From Gammaproteobacteria bacterium (GTDB taxonomy: Bacteria > Pseudomonadota > Gammaproteobacteria > Eutrophobiales > Eutrophobiaceae): a DNA stretch of 64,000 nucleotides. Positions 1 through 10,496 of the stretch are shown here, one piece after another. How positions within the stretch are numbered: position 1 is the first letter of the stretch; the number at the start of each line of letters is the position of its first letter. Below the pieces are notes generated by a model. It worked only from the letters and a program-made list of their open reading frames with translations, did no database searches and was not told the origin of the DNA. The position numbers and the translations under genes were made by a program. The stretch covers positions 3,632 to 67,631 of the forward strand of contig JANQJZ010000013.1 of NCBI GenBank assembly GCA_028281365.1, in the 5' to 3' direction.

Positions 1-3000
1 GTCCCCAATTAACTGACAAGACTTTACAGTCTTCTCGAACCTGGTGTTCATGTTGTGCAATCTTATTAAGTATTTCGTTGGCAGCAGCATAATCAACCTG
101 TCCTTTCCGACCCAGGCGTGCTGTGCTTGATGAAAACGTGATTATTAATTTCAATTCATCATTTGCAGTTGCTGTTAAAAGATTTTGCAGACCATCAACC
201 TTTGTAGAATAAACCAGGTCAAATTGTTCCTGCGTCTTATCTTCTATTAATCTATCAGCTAATACACCGGCCGCATGGATGACCCCGCTAACGTTACCTA
301 AGTCAATACGGGCAAGATTTATTACATTTTCAACTGCATTTAAATTTGTCACATCAGCAGATGCATATTGAACATTGGAACCGGCTTTTTCGATCCGCTC
401 TAATGTTGTTTTTATTTCTCTATTGGCAAGAATCGACTGGTACTGCTTCTCAAGGTTTGCCGGACTCAACTTTTCATTGGAATTATCGAGAATTGCTTTT
501 TTAATAGCTGCATCTTCTGTCAGTGATGCTAACCATTCAGGCTCGTCCTCCGGTTCCGGACTGCGTCCGAGTAATAATAGACTGCAATGATAAGTCTCGG
601 CTAATTTAACAGCAACCTCGGCTGTAACACCTCTTGCTCCACCGGTAATAACGACAAAATCTTCTTTATCTAGTAATGAATTTTCTTTGCCACTTTCAAC
701 AAGTGCTTCTTGTTCTAAAACTAATTGGATTGCTTGATCATTAACCAATCCAACTTCTAATGGCCCTTGTAAAAACAGTTCTTTTAAAATTGAATCAATT
801 AAGATCGAATCATTATCTATATCGATCGACTTACAACTGACATCTAGCCATTCCTTATCGGCTGTTTTCAGAATTCCGTGGAGTCCTGCTTGTATGGCTG
901 ATGCTTTAAGATCATTTTCAAAACCAAACGTACCACCCAATGTTGTTATCGTTGTTAATAGACCCTTTGATTCATTAAGTTTTACTGAACATGATTGAAT
1001 CAATTGAAAGGTATCCAATAACCATTGTTTATTCGGCTCCTCAACGGCACATATAATGAGACCCGCCAGATTCCTGGACGGTTTTTTATTATTCTTAACA
1101 AGCCTGGTTTTGTATCCATTATCTTTTAATGCATCTGCAATTCGTTCAGCCAACTCTCCGCCATTTTCATTTATCCAGATTTCTTTCTTTTTATCAAATT
1201 TGATTGGCTGTCGATCTTCAATTAGATCGGTAATTCCAATTACACTGCGAACAATAGCTGATTCATTATTACTAACATCTTCACGATGTTCCGGTATTTT
1301 ATCTATCTTATCGCGTTCGGACTTGTTTCCTATATGTATGGGATCATCCTGGTCAATAAAGATATCAACAATGGATTGCAGTGTTTGTAGACTGGCCATT
1401 TCATCTGGATTAACGGTCGGTAATTCAGGAATACATTCCTGCATAGCCGACAATATTTCAACACGTTTGATTGAATCAATACCCAGGTCACTGTCCAGGT
1501 TCATTTCCAGTGATAACATATCAACCGGGTAACCGGTTTTTTCTGCTACCACTTCCAGTAGTGATTCAGCAAAATTGCCTTGCATTTCTTCTACTTCAAC
1601 AACTTCACTAATGCCTGTTGTCTGTTCTAATGCAAACAACTCGACTATTGAACGCAAGGTTTGTAGTTGGCCTAATTCATCGGGACTAACTGTTGGTAAT
1701 TCCGGCAACTGTTCCTGAATTGCAGAAAGAATCTCGACACGTTTAATGGAATCAATTCCTAAATCGCTATCGAGGTTCATATCCAGTTCGAGCATTTCGA
1801 CGGGGTAGCCCGTTTTTTCAGCAACAACTTCCAGTAAGGTCTTTTCAAAATTGCTATCCGGTTTTACGGTTGCTACGACAGGCTTTACTGGTTCATTAAC
1901 GACATCACTTGCAGGTCTGCCTGCTGCTATAAACTCTACGATATGTTGCAAAAATTGAAATGTACCTAACTCTTCCGGGTTAACTGATGCAGACCAGGGT
2001 AATTTTTCCTGTAAGGCAGATAGTATTTCAACACGTTTTATTGAATCGATACCCAGATCGGTATCCAGGCTCATATCCAGACTTAACATCTCTAATGGAT
2101 AACCGGTTTTTTCCGAGACGACTTTTAATAACAGATTATCGATATCGACCTCGTTTTGTTGACGAGTTTCCTCGATTTCCTTAACAACAGCTTGTTGTTT
2201 TACTTCTTCCTGTTTTTGTGAAACAACTTGAGTTTGTTCAGGAACCGGTTGATTGATATTGATTGAAACCGGTTCTGTCGATAAAGGCTGGCCACTAATC
2301 AGGCGTTGTTGTTGTTCAAGTAAACGTTGAATTGTTTGTTGCGCAGTCTCCTGTCCTTCCAGATATTGTTGATGCAATCTGGCAGTCTGTTCCTGCATCC
2401 TTTGTAAGGCCAGAATACTCTCCTGTGTCGCCTGTAATAGATTATTGTCTGGTGCTGTGACTATTGTTTGTTGTGTCGTGTTACTGGTCCTATCCTGATT
2501 GCCTGTAGCAGGTTTATTATTTTTATTCGTCATTTGATTTACTGGTGTTGATGGTCTTTGTTTCCTTGGTGGACGCGGTTCACGCGGCATCATGACATTG
2601 GCACCACTTATCGATACTGTCATGCCTGGCTTATTTTCTGTTTCGGGTCGTTCAAGATTAAAAGAACAGGCATCCCATTTATCAAGATCAAATCGAATAC
2701 CTTTTGCTGCTAACGTTGCCAATACAATAGCCAGGTCATATTGACCATGCTTTTTACCCATAGAAGCATCAATAGAAAGATTGGTAATTTCCTTTTCGGA
2801 CAAGATTGTTCCAATTAACCCACTAAGCGTTTTACCCGGACCGACTTCAACAAAAGTGTCAACGCCATCAGCATAAAGACGTTCCACCTGTTCTACGAAT
2901 CGAACTGGATTTGCCAACTGTTCTGCTAACAGTTTTTTTATTCCATCCCTGCCGTCCGGGTAAGGTTCACCCGTTGTATTGGATAATACCGGTATCGTAT

Positions 3001-5422
3001 TTTTTTGAAATTGTACTTTAGCCAATGCCTCAGCAAATGGTTTTGCCGCGTCAGCAACAAAAGAACTATGGAATGCTGCTGCGACTGGTAAACGGATTAC
3101 CCGAATCTTTTTTATTTTTACAATATCCGCAAACTTTTCTATTTGATCAGTAGCACCAGACAGTACAACTTGTTTGGGTGAATTATGGTTGGCAATAACT
3201 AAATCCACATTATTCTCTTTTAAAAGTTCTTTAACCTGACTGGTTTCTGTAATGACAGCCAACATCGCTCCCCGATCACCATCACCTTTATTCATCAACT
3301 CACCACGCATGCGTGATAAACGATGAAACGATTCTGCATCATAGTATCCGGCAGCATGTAAGGCTGTCAGTTCTCCATAACTGTGACCAACAGCAATATC
3401 AGCTTCAATATTAAAATGTTTTAATACGTTTAATGCACCAAGACTTACTGCACCAATCGCAGGTTGTGCATTTTGTGTTTGTCTTAACGTCTCTTCCTGT
3501 TGTTTTCGATCAGCCTCAGCAAAGACCGGTATCGGATAGATGATAGAATTTAATATCTCATCTGTATTTTGACTAAAAACAGTACTGGCATCTTCCAATG
3601 CTGAAAAGAACTGTGGGAACTGGCATGCCAGATCTCTGCACATACCAGTGTATTGTGATCCCTGACCAGGAAATGCAAAGGCAATTTTATTTGCAAAAGC
3701 TTTAGATGAATAAACCGCTCCTGGCAGTTGCCACTCTTCCTCTTCGTTTTGCTGTAATTGATTTTTAATTTTGTTAAAGAATGATTCCATATCTTTCTGC
3801 GCTTTTTCAATAACAATAGTTAATCGGTGAGAAAATTCAGGATTGAATGATTGACAGGAATCAAATGCAAAATGTCTTAGATCATTCCATGCTTCAATAA
3901 TTTCATTTTCAGGAAATTGCTTGATTAATTCTGGTTTACTTTCGGCAGATAGAGCAATAATTAATGCCTGTCCATCCCAGTCGATATCCGCTTTGCTTTC
4001 TTCAGCTTCTTCAAGGACACAATGGAAATTACTTCCACCAAAACCGAACGAACTAAGAGCGGCTCGACGTGGTGTCGTTAATGTCTTAACCCAGGGCCGC
4101 TTAATTGTATTTAAATAGATCGGTGCAGTGCCTGGATTAATGATCTCTAATGGTTCATCTACTTTAATACTGGGAGGCAAGACCTTATGTTTTAAGGCCA
4201 GTGCTGTTTTAATCAAACCTGCGACACCAGCAGCAGCCTTGGTGTGACCTATCATGGATTTAACCGAGCCTATGGCACACCAGGTATCATCTTCATTATC
4301 TTTACTATAAACATCTGACAAGGCAGTTGCTTCTACAGCATCGCCAACAGAGGTACCTGTACCATGTGTCTCAACCAGTTCGATACTTCTCGGTTCTATA
4401 TCCGCTTCATGGTAGGCATTCCATAATGCCTTGGTTTGACCATTAGAGCTCGGTGCATAGATCGCGTTACCGCGTCCATCAGAAGACGCTCCCATCCCTT
4501 TTAAAACGGCATAAATCTTGTCGCCATCACGTTTCGCATCATCCAGACGCTTCATTATGATTGCACCCAGTCCTTCACCCAGGATTGTCCCGTCACCGTC
4601 TTTGGCAAATGGCCGGCTGTTACCGGTTGGTGATAAGGCCGGTGTCTTACTGAAACACATATACATAAAGATATCGTTGAATGTATCCATACCACCTGTA
4701 ATAGCCATATCGACCCGGCCGGTACTGAGTTCCAGTGCAGCAAGATGAATTGCACTCAAAGAACTGGCACAAGCAGCATCAACCACACAGTTGGTGCCAC
4801 CGAGATCAAAACGATTGGCAATACGACCTGCGGCAACATTACCCAACAAACCGGGAAATGAATTCTCCTGCCATGGGACATAACCTTCGGCAATACGTTG
4901 CACGACATCTTCGGCCGTTTCCGGGTCAACACCGGCATCTTTTAATGCCTTGCGCCAGATCGGGTGACCGAGACGTGCACCCAGTGGAATCACTAATTCA
5001 AGTGTTCCGGTTACACCTAGAATCACACTGGTACGATCGCGATCAAACTCACGACCATCACCGGCATCTTTACTTGTTGAATAACCCGCATCGAGTAATG
5101 CCTGACGTGCCACAACCATCGCTAATAATTGTGTTGTGTCGGTTGCTTCAATATTGTTTGGACTTAAACCGTATAACAAAGGATTAAAATCCTGTGGATC
5201 GATAAAACCACCACGCTTCGCATAGGTCATATCCGGAACTGTCTGATCTTCATCAAAGTAATCGTTCGGATTCCAATGTGTATCCGGGATATCGGTAATT
5301 GCATCAACCCCTTCACGAATATTGCTCCAGTATTCATTAGGGTTGTTAGCCTTTGGAAATAAACAACCAATACCGACAATTGCTAAAGGCTGTATTTGTT
5401 TCTTATCTTCTTTATCCGACAT
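1..5422 (-). CDS. pfaA: PUFA/secondary-lipid polyketide synthase subunit PfaA-like (KS-AT-3xACP-KR), 5' part. Gene continues beyond window start
   Basis: Minus-strand frame is open from ATG (rc CAT at 5420-5422) to position 1 with no stop. It is absent from the ORF track only because it is truncated by the window edge. Own translation shows ketosynthase motifs (DAACASSL, HGTGT, GHTKAAAG), acyltransferase GHSYGE, and a Q/T-rich linker. Three tandem ACP repeats each carry DLGIDSIKRVEILS. A ketoreductase Rossmann motif VVITGGARGV follows. Confidence 0.8.
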   Translation of the reverse strand, partial: MSDKEDKKQIQPLAIVGIGCLFPKANNPNEYWSNIREGVDAITDIPDTHWNPNDYFDEDQTVPDMTYAKRGGFIDPQDFNPLLYGLSPNNIEATDTTQLLAMVVARQALLDAGYSTSKDAGDGREFDRDRTSVILGVTGTLELVIPLGARLGHPIWRKALKDAGVDPETAEDVVQRIAEGYVPWQENSFPGLLGNVAAGRIANRFDLGGTNCVVDAACASSLSAIHLAALELSTGRVDMAITGGMDTFNDIFMYMCFSKTPALSPTGNSRPFAKDGDGTILGEGLGAIIMKRLDDAKRDGDKIYAVLKGMGASSDGRGNAIYAPSSNGQTKALWNAYHEADIEPRSIELVETHGTGTSVGDAVEATALSDVYSKDNEDDTWCAIGSVKSMIGHTKAAAGVAGLIKTALALKHKVLPPSIKVDEPLEIINPGTAPIYLNTIKRPWVKTLTTPRRAALSSFGFGGSNFHCVLEEAEESKADIDWDGQALIIALSAESKPELIKQFPENEIIEAWNDLRHFAFDSCQSFNPEFSHRLTIVIEKAQKDMESFFNKIKNQLQQNEEEEWQLPGAVYSSKAFANKIAFAFPGQGSQYTGMCRDLACQFPQFFSALEDASTVFSQNTDEILNSIIYPIPVFAEADRKQQEETLRQTQNAQPAIGAVSLGALNVLKHFNIEADIAVGHSYGELTALHAAGYYDAESFHRLSRMRGELMNKGDGDRGAMLAVITETSQVKELLKENNVDLVIANHNSPKQVVLSGATDQIEKFADIVKIKKIRVIRLPVAAAFHSSFVADAAKPFAEALAKVQFQKNTIPVLSNTTGEPYPDGRDGIKKLLAEQLANPVRFVEQVERLYADGVDTFVEVGPGKTLSGLIGTILSEKEITNLSIDASMGKKHGQYDLAIVLATLAAKGIRFDLDKWDACSFNLERPETENKPGMTVSISGANVMMPREPRPPRKQRPSTPVNQMTNKNNKPATGNQDRTSNTTQQTIVTAPDNNLLQATQESILALQRMQEQTARLHQQYLEGQETAQQTIQRLLEQQQRLISGQPLSTEPVSININQPVPEQTQVVSQKQEEVKQQAVVKEIEETRQQNEVDIDNLLLKVVSEKTGYPLEMLSLDMSLDTDLGIDSIKRVEILSALQEKLPWSASVNPEELGTFQFLQHIVEFIAAGRPASDVVNEPVKPVVATVKPDSNFEKTLLEVVAEKTGYPVEMLELDMNLDSDLGIDSIKRVEILSAIQEQLPELPTVSPDELGQLQTLRSIVELFALEQTTGISEVVEVEEMQGNFAESLLEVVAEKTGYPVDMLSLEMNLDSDLGIDSIKRVEILSAMQECIPELPTVNPDEMASLQTLQSIVDIFIDQDDPIHIGNKSERDKIDKIPEHREDVSNNESAIVRSVIGITDLIEDRQPIKFDKKKEIWINENGGELAERIADALKDNGYKTRLVKNNKKPSRNLAGLIICAVEEPNKQWLLDTFQLIQSCSVKLNESKGLLTTITTLGGTFGFENDLKASAIQAGLHGILKTADKEWLDVSCKSIDIDNDSILIDSILKELFLQGPLEVGLVNDQAIQLVLEQEALVESGKENSLLDKEDFVVITGGARGVTAEVAVKLAETYHCSLLLLGRSPEPEDEPEWLASLTEDAAIKKAILDNSNEKLSPANLEKQYQSILANREIKTTLERIEKAGSNVQYASADVTNLNAVENVINLARIDLGNVSGVIHAAGVLADRLIEDKTQEQFDLVYSTKVDGLQNLLTATANDELKLIITFSSSTARLGRKGQVDYAAANEILNKIAQHEHQVREDCKVLSVNWG

Positions 5423-5425
5423 TGT

Positions 5426-7102
5426 TTACTCTGTTAAATAATTTTTTATCGCATCAAGTTGCATGGGTTTAAATTTCGTTAACTCTACCGGTAGTTCGAC
5501 ACCCTGTTTTTGTATGACATGTATTCGATTTAATACCGCAGCCCCGAATAAAATATTCATTGCAACCGTCACCGCATCACGGTTCTTTGGTTCCGACAGA
5601 AATGTATCTTTAGTCCATTCATTAAATGCACCCATTGCAGGTCCACACCAGACCTGATAATCAACCTTACGTTCTTCAACGCCGGCATTGGCCCAACGCG
5701 ATGACAAACCAAGATACCAGCGAAATATTAAAGCCATTTTATGTTTTGGATTTTTCTTTGCTTTTTCAACTTGTGATGGATCACGATCATTAAAGAATTC
5801 TTCAGTGTTTTGCCAAACCTCTTCCATGGTCATCTTAAAGATCGTTTTTTCAAGTTTGGTTTTCTCAGCTTCAGGGATCGCTTCAATTGAAGCGTATTGT
5901 TTATAAATGTCATAGAGTTTATTACCACGCATTGCGAACATCGTGCCACGCTTCAATACCTGAAGCTTTACACCCATTTCAAACATATCGACAGCGGGGG
6001 CCATGGTGACATCGGCCTGTTCTGCCTCTGCCAGCATTTCCCTGACAATATCTGATGAACCGGATTCCTTGCAAGCCTGATTCACCGTACCCGTCACAAC
6101 ATAAGCAGCACCCATGGCAAAGGCACCAAGCGCTGATGCCGGCGTTGAAATACCACCTGCTGCACCCACCCGAAGTTTATCTTTATACTTATATATAGAC
6201 TGTATCTGATCGCGTAATGCCAATATGGTTGGCAACAAGGTAATCACCGGCCGGTTATCAGTATGTCCACCTGAATCAGCTTCAACAGTCAAGTCCTGTG
6301 CCATTGGAATATATTGCGCAAGTTCAGCTTCTTCTGCTGTTATTTCACCCTGCTCTATTAATTGATTTAATAATTTTTCAGGTGGCGGGCTAAACCATTT
6401 TTCTGCAAGCTCAATACGTGAAGCCTTGGCTATAATGCGATTGGGTACAACAATATTTCCTTTACCGTTTTTATGAATACCTGTTACACGATATTTAACG
6501 ACAGGTAATGTTAATTTCATGTAAGCAGATGTCTCTACAAGTTTTACTCCATACTTTATATATAGATCGACGACAGCTTGCTCATGACCCTTTTCATTCG
6601 GGCTATAGATAAGGTTAAAACAATAAGGGTTATCTCCAAGTGAGCTTTGTAATTCTTTAATCGCATTTTCAATTTCATTTAACGATAAACCAGCCGCACC
6701 AAATGACGCCAGCATTCCTGCATTAGCAATCGCCTTCACTAATTTTACTGATGCAATACCATTTGCCATCGACCCTGTCATATAGGGGTAACTAAGCCGA
6801 TAGTCCTGACAAAACGATTGATCGCCAAGTGCATTAATTGTTTGTTTTGGCGCAATACCCAGCAGTGGATAAGAGTTATCTTTATTACTGTTTTCATTAA
6901 GCGCAACAGTGCCGCCTGATGCAATGGATATCTTTGCTGCGTTTTTAACCAAACAAAATGGCATATCAAGTCGCAGCAGATATTCTGGCAAATTATCCAG
7001 CTTAGCCAGGCTTGAATCACTGTTCGATTGCCAGTAACCAAGGGAATGTTTATTTGACTCCAGGCTCTTTGCTGGAGCGACTATTTCTGGAAGTGAACTC
7101 AC
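5426..7102 (-). CDS. pfaD: PfaD-like trans-acting enoyl reductase (2-nitropropane dioxygenase/FMN-dependent ER family)
   Basis: 558-aa ORF, about 540 aa expected for PfaD. Glycine-rich FMN-barrel signature (GAAGGISTP, AFAMGAAYVVTGTVNQ). Stop lies 4 bp upstream of the pfaA start, suggesting translational coupling. Confidence 0.75.
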   Translation of the reverse strand: MSSLPEIVAPAKSLESNKHSLGYWQSNSDSSLAKLDNLPEYLLRLDMPFCLVKNAAKISIASGGTVALNENSNKDNSYPLLGIAPKQTINALGDQSFCQDYRLSYPYMTGSMANGIASVKLVKAIANAGMLASFGAAGLSLNEIENAIKELQSSLGDNPYCFNLIYSPNEKGHEQAVVDLYIKYGVKLVETSAYMKLTLPVVKYRVTGIHKNGKGNIVVPNRIIAKASRIELAEKWFSPPPEKLLNQLIEQGEITAEEAELAQYIPMAQDLTVEADSGGHTDNRPVITLLPTILALRDQIQSIYKYKDKLRVGAAGGISTPASALGAFAMGAAYVVTGTVNQACKESGSSDIVREMLAEAEQADVTMAPAVDMFEMGVKLQVLKRGTMFAMRGNKLYDIYKQYASIEAIPEAEKTKLEKTIFKMTMEEVWQNTEEFFNDRDPSQVEKAKKNPKHKMALIFRWYLGLSSRWANAGVEERKVDYQVWCGPAMGAFNEWTKDTFLSEPKNRDAVTVAMNILFGAAVLNRIHVIQKQGVELPVELTKFKPMQLDAIKNYLTE

Positions 7103-7363
7103 TCTAATAAATTAATCTGTTCTGTATTTGAAGATTATAGATGGCTGGCATAATGATTATTTGCATCCTTTACTATCAGCTTGTATTGTGCGCGTCCTGA
7201 ACCACCCTAATGCATTAAATAGTATCATTTTTTTCCTTTTTAGACCTCGCAAAATGGGGTCCCGGGAATATATTATTCTGAAAGCATAGACTTAGTTAAA
7301 CGCGAAACAGATATTCAGCTAAAATGATAAGATATTGTTATTTATAGAAATAATAAATTAAGA

Positions 7364-8443
7364 ATGAAGTCCAGAGAGAACTACCAGACCCAATTAGACG
7401 ACGATGCCTACCAGAATGAGATCCTGCAGCATGTTTCCAGGACCTTTGCATTAACCATCCCTGAACTTCCAGACCCACTTTGCCGGGTCGTTTCAAATGC
7501 CTATTTGCTCTGTCGAATCGCCGATACGATTGAGGATGATAAATCCATGTCAGCTGAGGCGAAGCGGGAGTTCGCCGAACAATTTATCGAGGTTGTTAAG
7601 GGAACTGAAGATTCGAAAGACTTTTCTGAGAGCCTGTTTCCACTCCTGTCAGCAACGGCGACCGAAGCTGAACATGATCTGATTGCCAATACTGAACCCG
7701 TCATTCGCATAACACATAGTTTTAATCAACGGCAACGCGCTGCACTGGAACGATGTGTCGCAATTATGGCTGAAGGTATGGCACGCTATCAGGATGCCGA
7801 GACCCTGGATGGTGTCGCTGACCTGGATGATATGGGTCAGTATTGTTATTACGTTGCCGGGGTTGTCGGTGAGATGCTAACCGAGCTTTTTTGTGATTAT
7901 TCTGCCGAGATTGATAAGCACCGGGATGAATTGATGCAGCTGGCGGTATCTTTCGGACAAGGCTTGCAAATGACCAATATCCTGAAAGATATTTGGGAAG
8001 ATCACGCAAGGGGGGCTTGTTGGTTACCGCGTGATATCTTCGATAAATACGGTGTTGATATACGACATAAGCAAGCCGGGCAAGTTGCATCGGGTTTTGA
8101 TGAAGCCATGCTGGAGTTGCTTGGAGTTGCCCATGCTCATGTTTATAACGCCTTACGCTATACATTAATCATTCCCACCCATGAAAAAGGACTGCGCCGG
8201 TTCTGTTTGTGGGCACTTGGCATGGCTGTATTGACACTGGATAAGATCCGACAGAACCCGGGATTTACGCAAGGGCAACAGGTAAAAATCAGCAGACGTA
8301 GCGTTAAGGCGACAATTTTCCTGACCAGTCTTTTTGTTGGCCAGGATCGAATTCTGAGTTATCTATTTCAGTTTTCCGGGCGGCATTTGCCTATGGCAAG
8401 TATTCATGAGAGACTTGATAGATCAGCTTTTTCCACACACTAA
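7364..8443 (+). CDS. sqs: Squalene synthase (eukaryote-type farnesyl-diphosphate farnesyltransferase, as in Methylococcus sqs)
   Basis: 359 aa. Motif MGQYCYYVAGVVGEMLTELF matches the SQS domain (YCHYVAGLVG). Aspartate-rich IADTIEDD. Sits immediately upstream of shc. Confidence 0.8.
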   Translation: MKSRENYQTQLDDDAYQNEILQHVSRTFALTIPELPDPLCRVVSNAYLLCRIADTIEDDKSMSAEAKREFAEQFIEVVKGTEDSKDFSESLFPLLSATATEAEHDLIANTEPVIRITHSFNQRQRAALERCVAIMAEGMARYQDAETLDGVADLDDMGQYCYYVAGVVGEMLTELFCDYSAEIDKHRDELMQLAVSFGQGLQMTNILKDIWEDHARGACWLPRDIFDKYGVDIRHKQAGQVASGFDEAMLELLGVAHAHVYNALRYTLIIPTHEKGLRRFCLWALGMAVLTLDKIRQNPGFTQGQQVKISRRSVKATIFLTSLFVGQDRILSYLFQFSGRHLPMASIHERLDRSAFSTH

Positions 8444-8546
8444 TTAACAAAAATCAGGGGAACTGTAGATGTTTATGGAAATTATATTTTCACCAGTTTT
8501 ACCTGATTCCAAAACTTGCAATAGGTCAATCTAAACCGTTATATCA

Positions 8547-10496
8547 ATGACTCTGGATACACAAAATGCAAATGCATCGAATTTGGTTATTGATGAATCT
8601 GCATCTCAAAATTTAGTCATCAATCTTGAAGAATCTATCCAGGCAGCCTGCGAAAAACTCCTGGATCAACAACACAGCGATGGTCATTGGGTTTATGAAC
8701 TGGAGGCAGATTGCACTATTCCTGCTGAATATATATTAATGAATCATTTCGTCGGTGAGATCGACGATGAAACAGAAGAAAAAATTGCACAATATTTACG
8801 TGACAACCAGACTGAAGAAGGTGGTTGGGCATTGTTTACCGGTGGTGACTTTGATATCAGTTGTTCAGTTAAAGCTTATTATGCGTTGAAACTGGTTGGC
8901 GATAATCCTAAAGAAGAACATATGATCAGGGCCAGGAATTTGATCCTGAATCATGGTGGTGCAGCACATAGTAATGTGTTTACCCGAATTACGATGGCTT
9001 TGTTCGGACAGGTACCCTGGCGTGCAACGCCCTTTATTCCTGCTGAAGTTATCATTTTACCAAAATGGTTCCCTTTCCATATCGACAAGGTATCTTACTG
9101 GTCACGTACTGTTATGGTACCTTTATTTGTTTTATGTACCATGAAACCACTGGCTGTTAATCCACGTGGTGTTGATATTAGAGAACTATTTATTGTCCCG
9201 CCGGAAGACGAACAACATTATTTTAAAGTAACAACAGCCTTAAACCGTGCATTTTTAATGCTCGACCATGTTGGTCGTATAATTGAAAAACTGGTACCAA
9301 AATTTGTACGTCAATACTCCATTCGTAAATGTGAACAGTGGTTTCTTGCAAGGATGAATGAAGACCATGGTATCGGCGGAATTTTTCCCGCTATGGTTAA
9401 TGTATTCGAATCGCTTGTTGTGCTTGGTTACCCAAAAGAACACCCAACACGTATTAAGGCACGTAAGGCAATTGATGCTTTGCTAACAAAACGCGGTAAT
9501 ACAAAGTATGTACAACCTTGCGTATCTCCCGTCTGGGATACCTGCCTTGCCAGCCAAACCATGATCGAAACCGAAACCGAAAATAACATCACCAGGGAAA
9601 TTGAACACGGACTTGACTGGCTCAAGGAACGTCAGCTTAGTGATGAGCCCGGTGACTGGCGTATCCCTCGCCCTAATCTGGCAGGTGGTGGATGGGCATT
9701 CCAATATAGTAATTATTATTACCCTGATCTGGATGATACTTCCATGGTTGCCTGGGCAATGCACCGTACAGGTCTGGAAAAATACGCTGAACCAATTGAA
9801 CGGGCAGCTAACTGGGTGGCAGGTATGCAATCGAATGGCGGTGGTTTTGGCTCATTTGAAGTAAACAATACCCAGTATTATTTAAATGCTATTCCGTTCG
9901 CTGATCATGGTGCGCTTCTGGATCCACCTACTGCAGATGTAACAGGCCGTTCAATTGCCCTGCTAAGTCTTGCCGATAAGGAAAAATATGCAACGAATAT
10001 TAAGGACGCGATAAATTATTTAAAAGAAGAACAGGAAGATGATGGTTCATGGTTCGGCCGTTGGGGCACCAACTATATTTATGGCACCTGGTCAGTGCTT
10101 ACTGCATTAGAGATTGCAGGTGAAGATCCTGAACAGCCTTATATACGTAAAGCTGTAGAATACTTGCAAGACATGCAAAATGAAGATGGTGGCTGGGGAG
10201 AAAGTAATGACAGTTATTACCCACCGCGTCATCGACGACCTTATAGAAGTACCGCCTTTCAGACTGCATGGGCGCTGTTATCATTATTAGCGGCAGGTGA
10301 AGCTGAATCTGACACAGTTATAAAAGGTATTAAGTATTTAATATCGGCGCAATCTTCAGATGGTCACTGGTATGATGATAGTTATACTGCACCAGGCTTT
10401 CCACGTGTGTTCTATTTAAAATATCATGGTTACACAAAATATTTTCCACTTTGGGCATTGGCCCGCTATCGTAATATCACGCAATACGAATCTTGA
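8547..10496 (+). CDS. shc: Squalene-hopene cyclase
   Basis: 649 aa. Multiple QW repeats (GGW, DGHW, DGSW). Catalytic DxDDT motif present as DLDDTSMV. Confidence 0.9.
   Translation: MTLDTQNANASNLVIDESASQNLVINLEESIQAACEKLLDQQHSDGHWVYELEADCTIPAEYILMNHFVGEIDDETEEKIAQYLRDNQTEEGGWALFTGGDFDISCSVKAYYALKLVGDNPKEEHMIRARNLILNHGGAAHSNVFTRITMALFGQVPWRATPFIPAEVIILPKWFPFHIDKVSYWSRTVMVPLFVLCTMKPLAVNPRGVDIRELFIVPPEDEQHYFKVTTALNRAFLMLDHVGRIIEKLVPKFVRQYSIRKCEQWFLARMNEDHGIGGIFPAMVNVFESLVVLGYPKEHPTRIKARKAIDALLTKRGNTKYVQPCVSPVWDTCLASQTMIETETENNITREIEHGLDWLKERQLSDEPGDWRIPRPNLAGGGWAFQYSNYYYPDLDDTSMVAWAMHRTGLEKYAEPIERAANWVAGMQSNGGGFGSFEVNNTQYYLNAIPFADHGALLDPPTADVTGRSIALLSLADKEKYATNIKDAINYLKEEQEDDGSWFGRWGTNYIYGTWSVLTALEIAGEDPEQPYIRKAVEYLQDMQNEDGGWGESNDSYYPPRHRRPYRSTAFQTAWALLSLLAAGEAESDTVIKGIKYLISAQSSDGHWYDDSYTAPGFPRVFYLKYHGYTKYFPLWALARYRNITQYES

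Noticed and set aside
1400-2110. Tandem repeat that could be mistaken for a CRISPR-like or VNTR array
   Set aside because: Units are about 290 bp, in frame, and encode ACP domains of pfaA. No short direct repeats with unique spacers anywhere in the window, so no CRISPR
1056-5187. Several 60-158-aa plus-strand and minus-strand ORFs (1056-1532, 1987-2184, 3550-3816, 3921-4118, 4518-4938, 4735-5187)
   Set aside because: All lie inside the long minus-strand pfaA reading frame, antisense or out of frame. They are artefacts of the window edge hiding the real gene from the ORF track
7364-8443. Possibility that the 359-aa gene is hpnC/hpnD (bacterial two-step squalene synthesis)
   Set aside because: Length and the YCYYVAGVVGEML motif fit the single-enzyme eukaryote-type SQS rather than the HpnC/HpnD pair of about 280 aa each. 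Only one such gene is present, and no hpnE is seen
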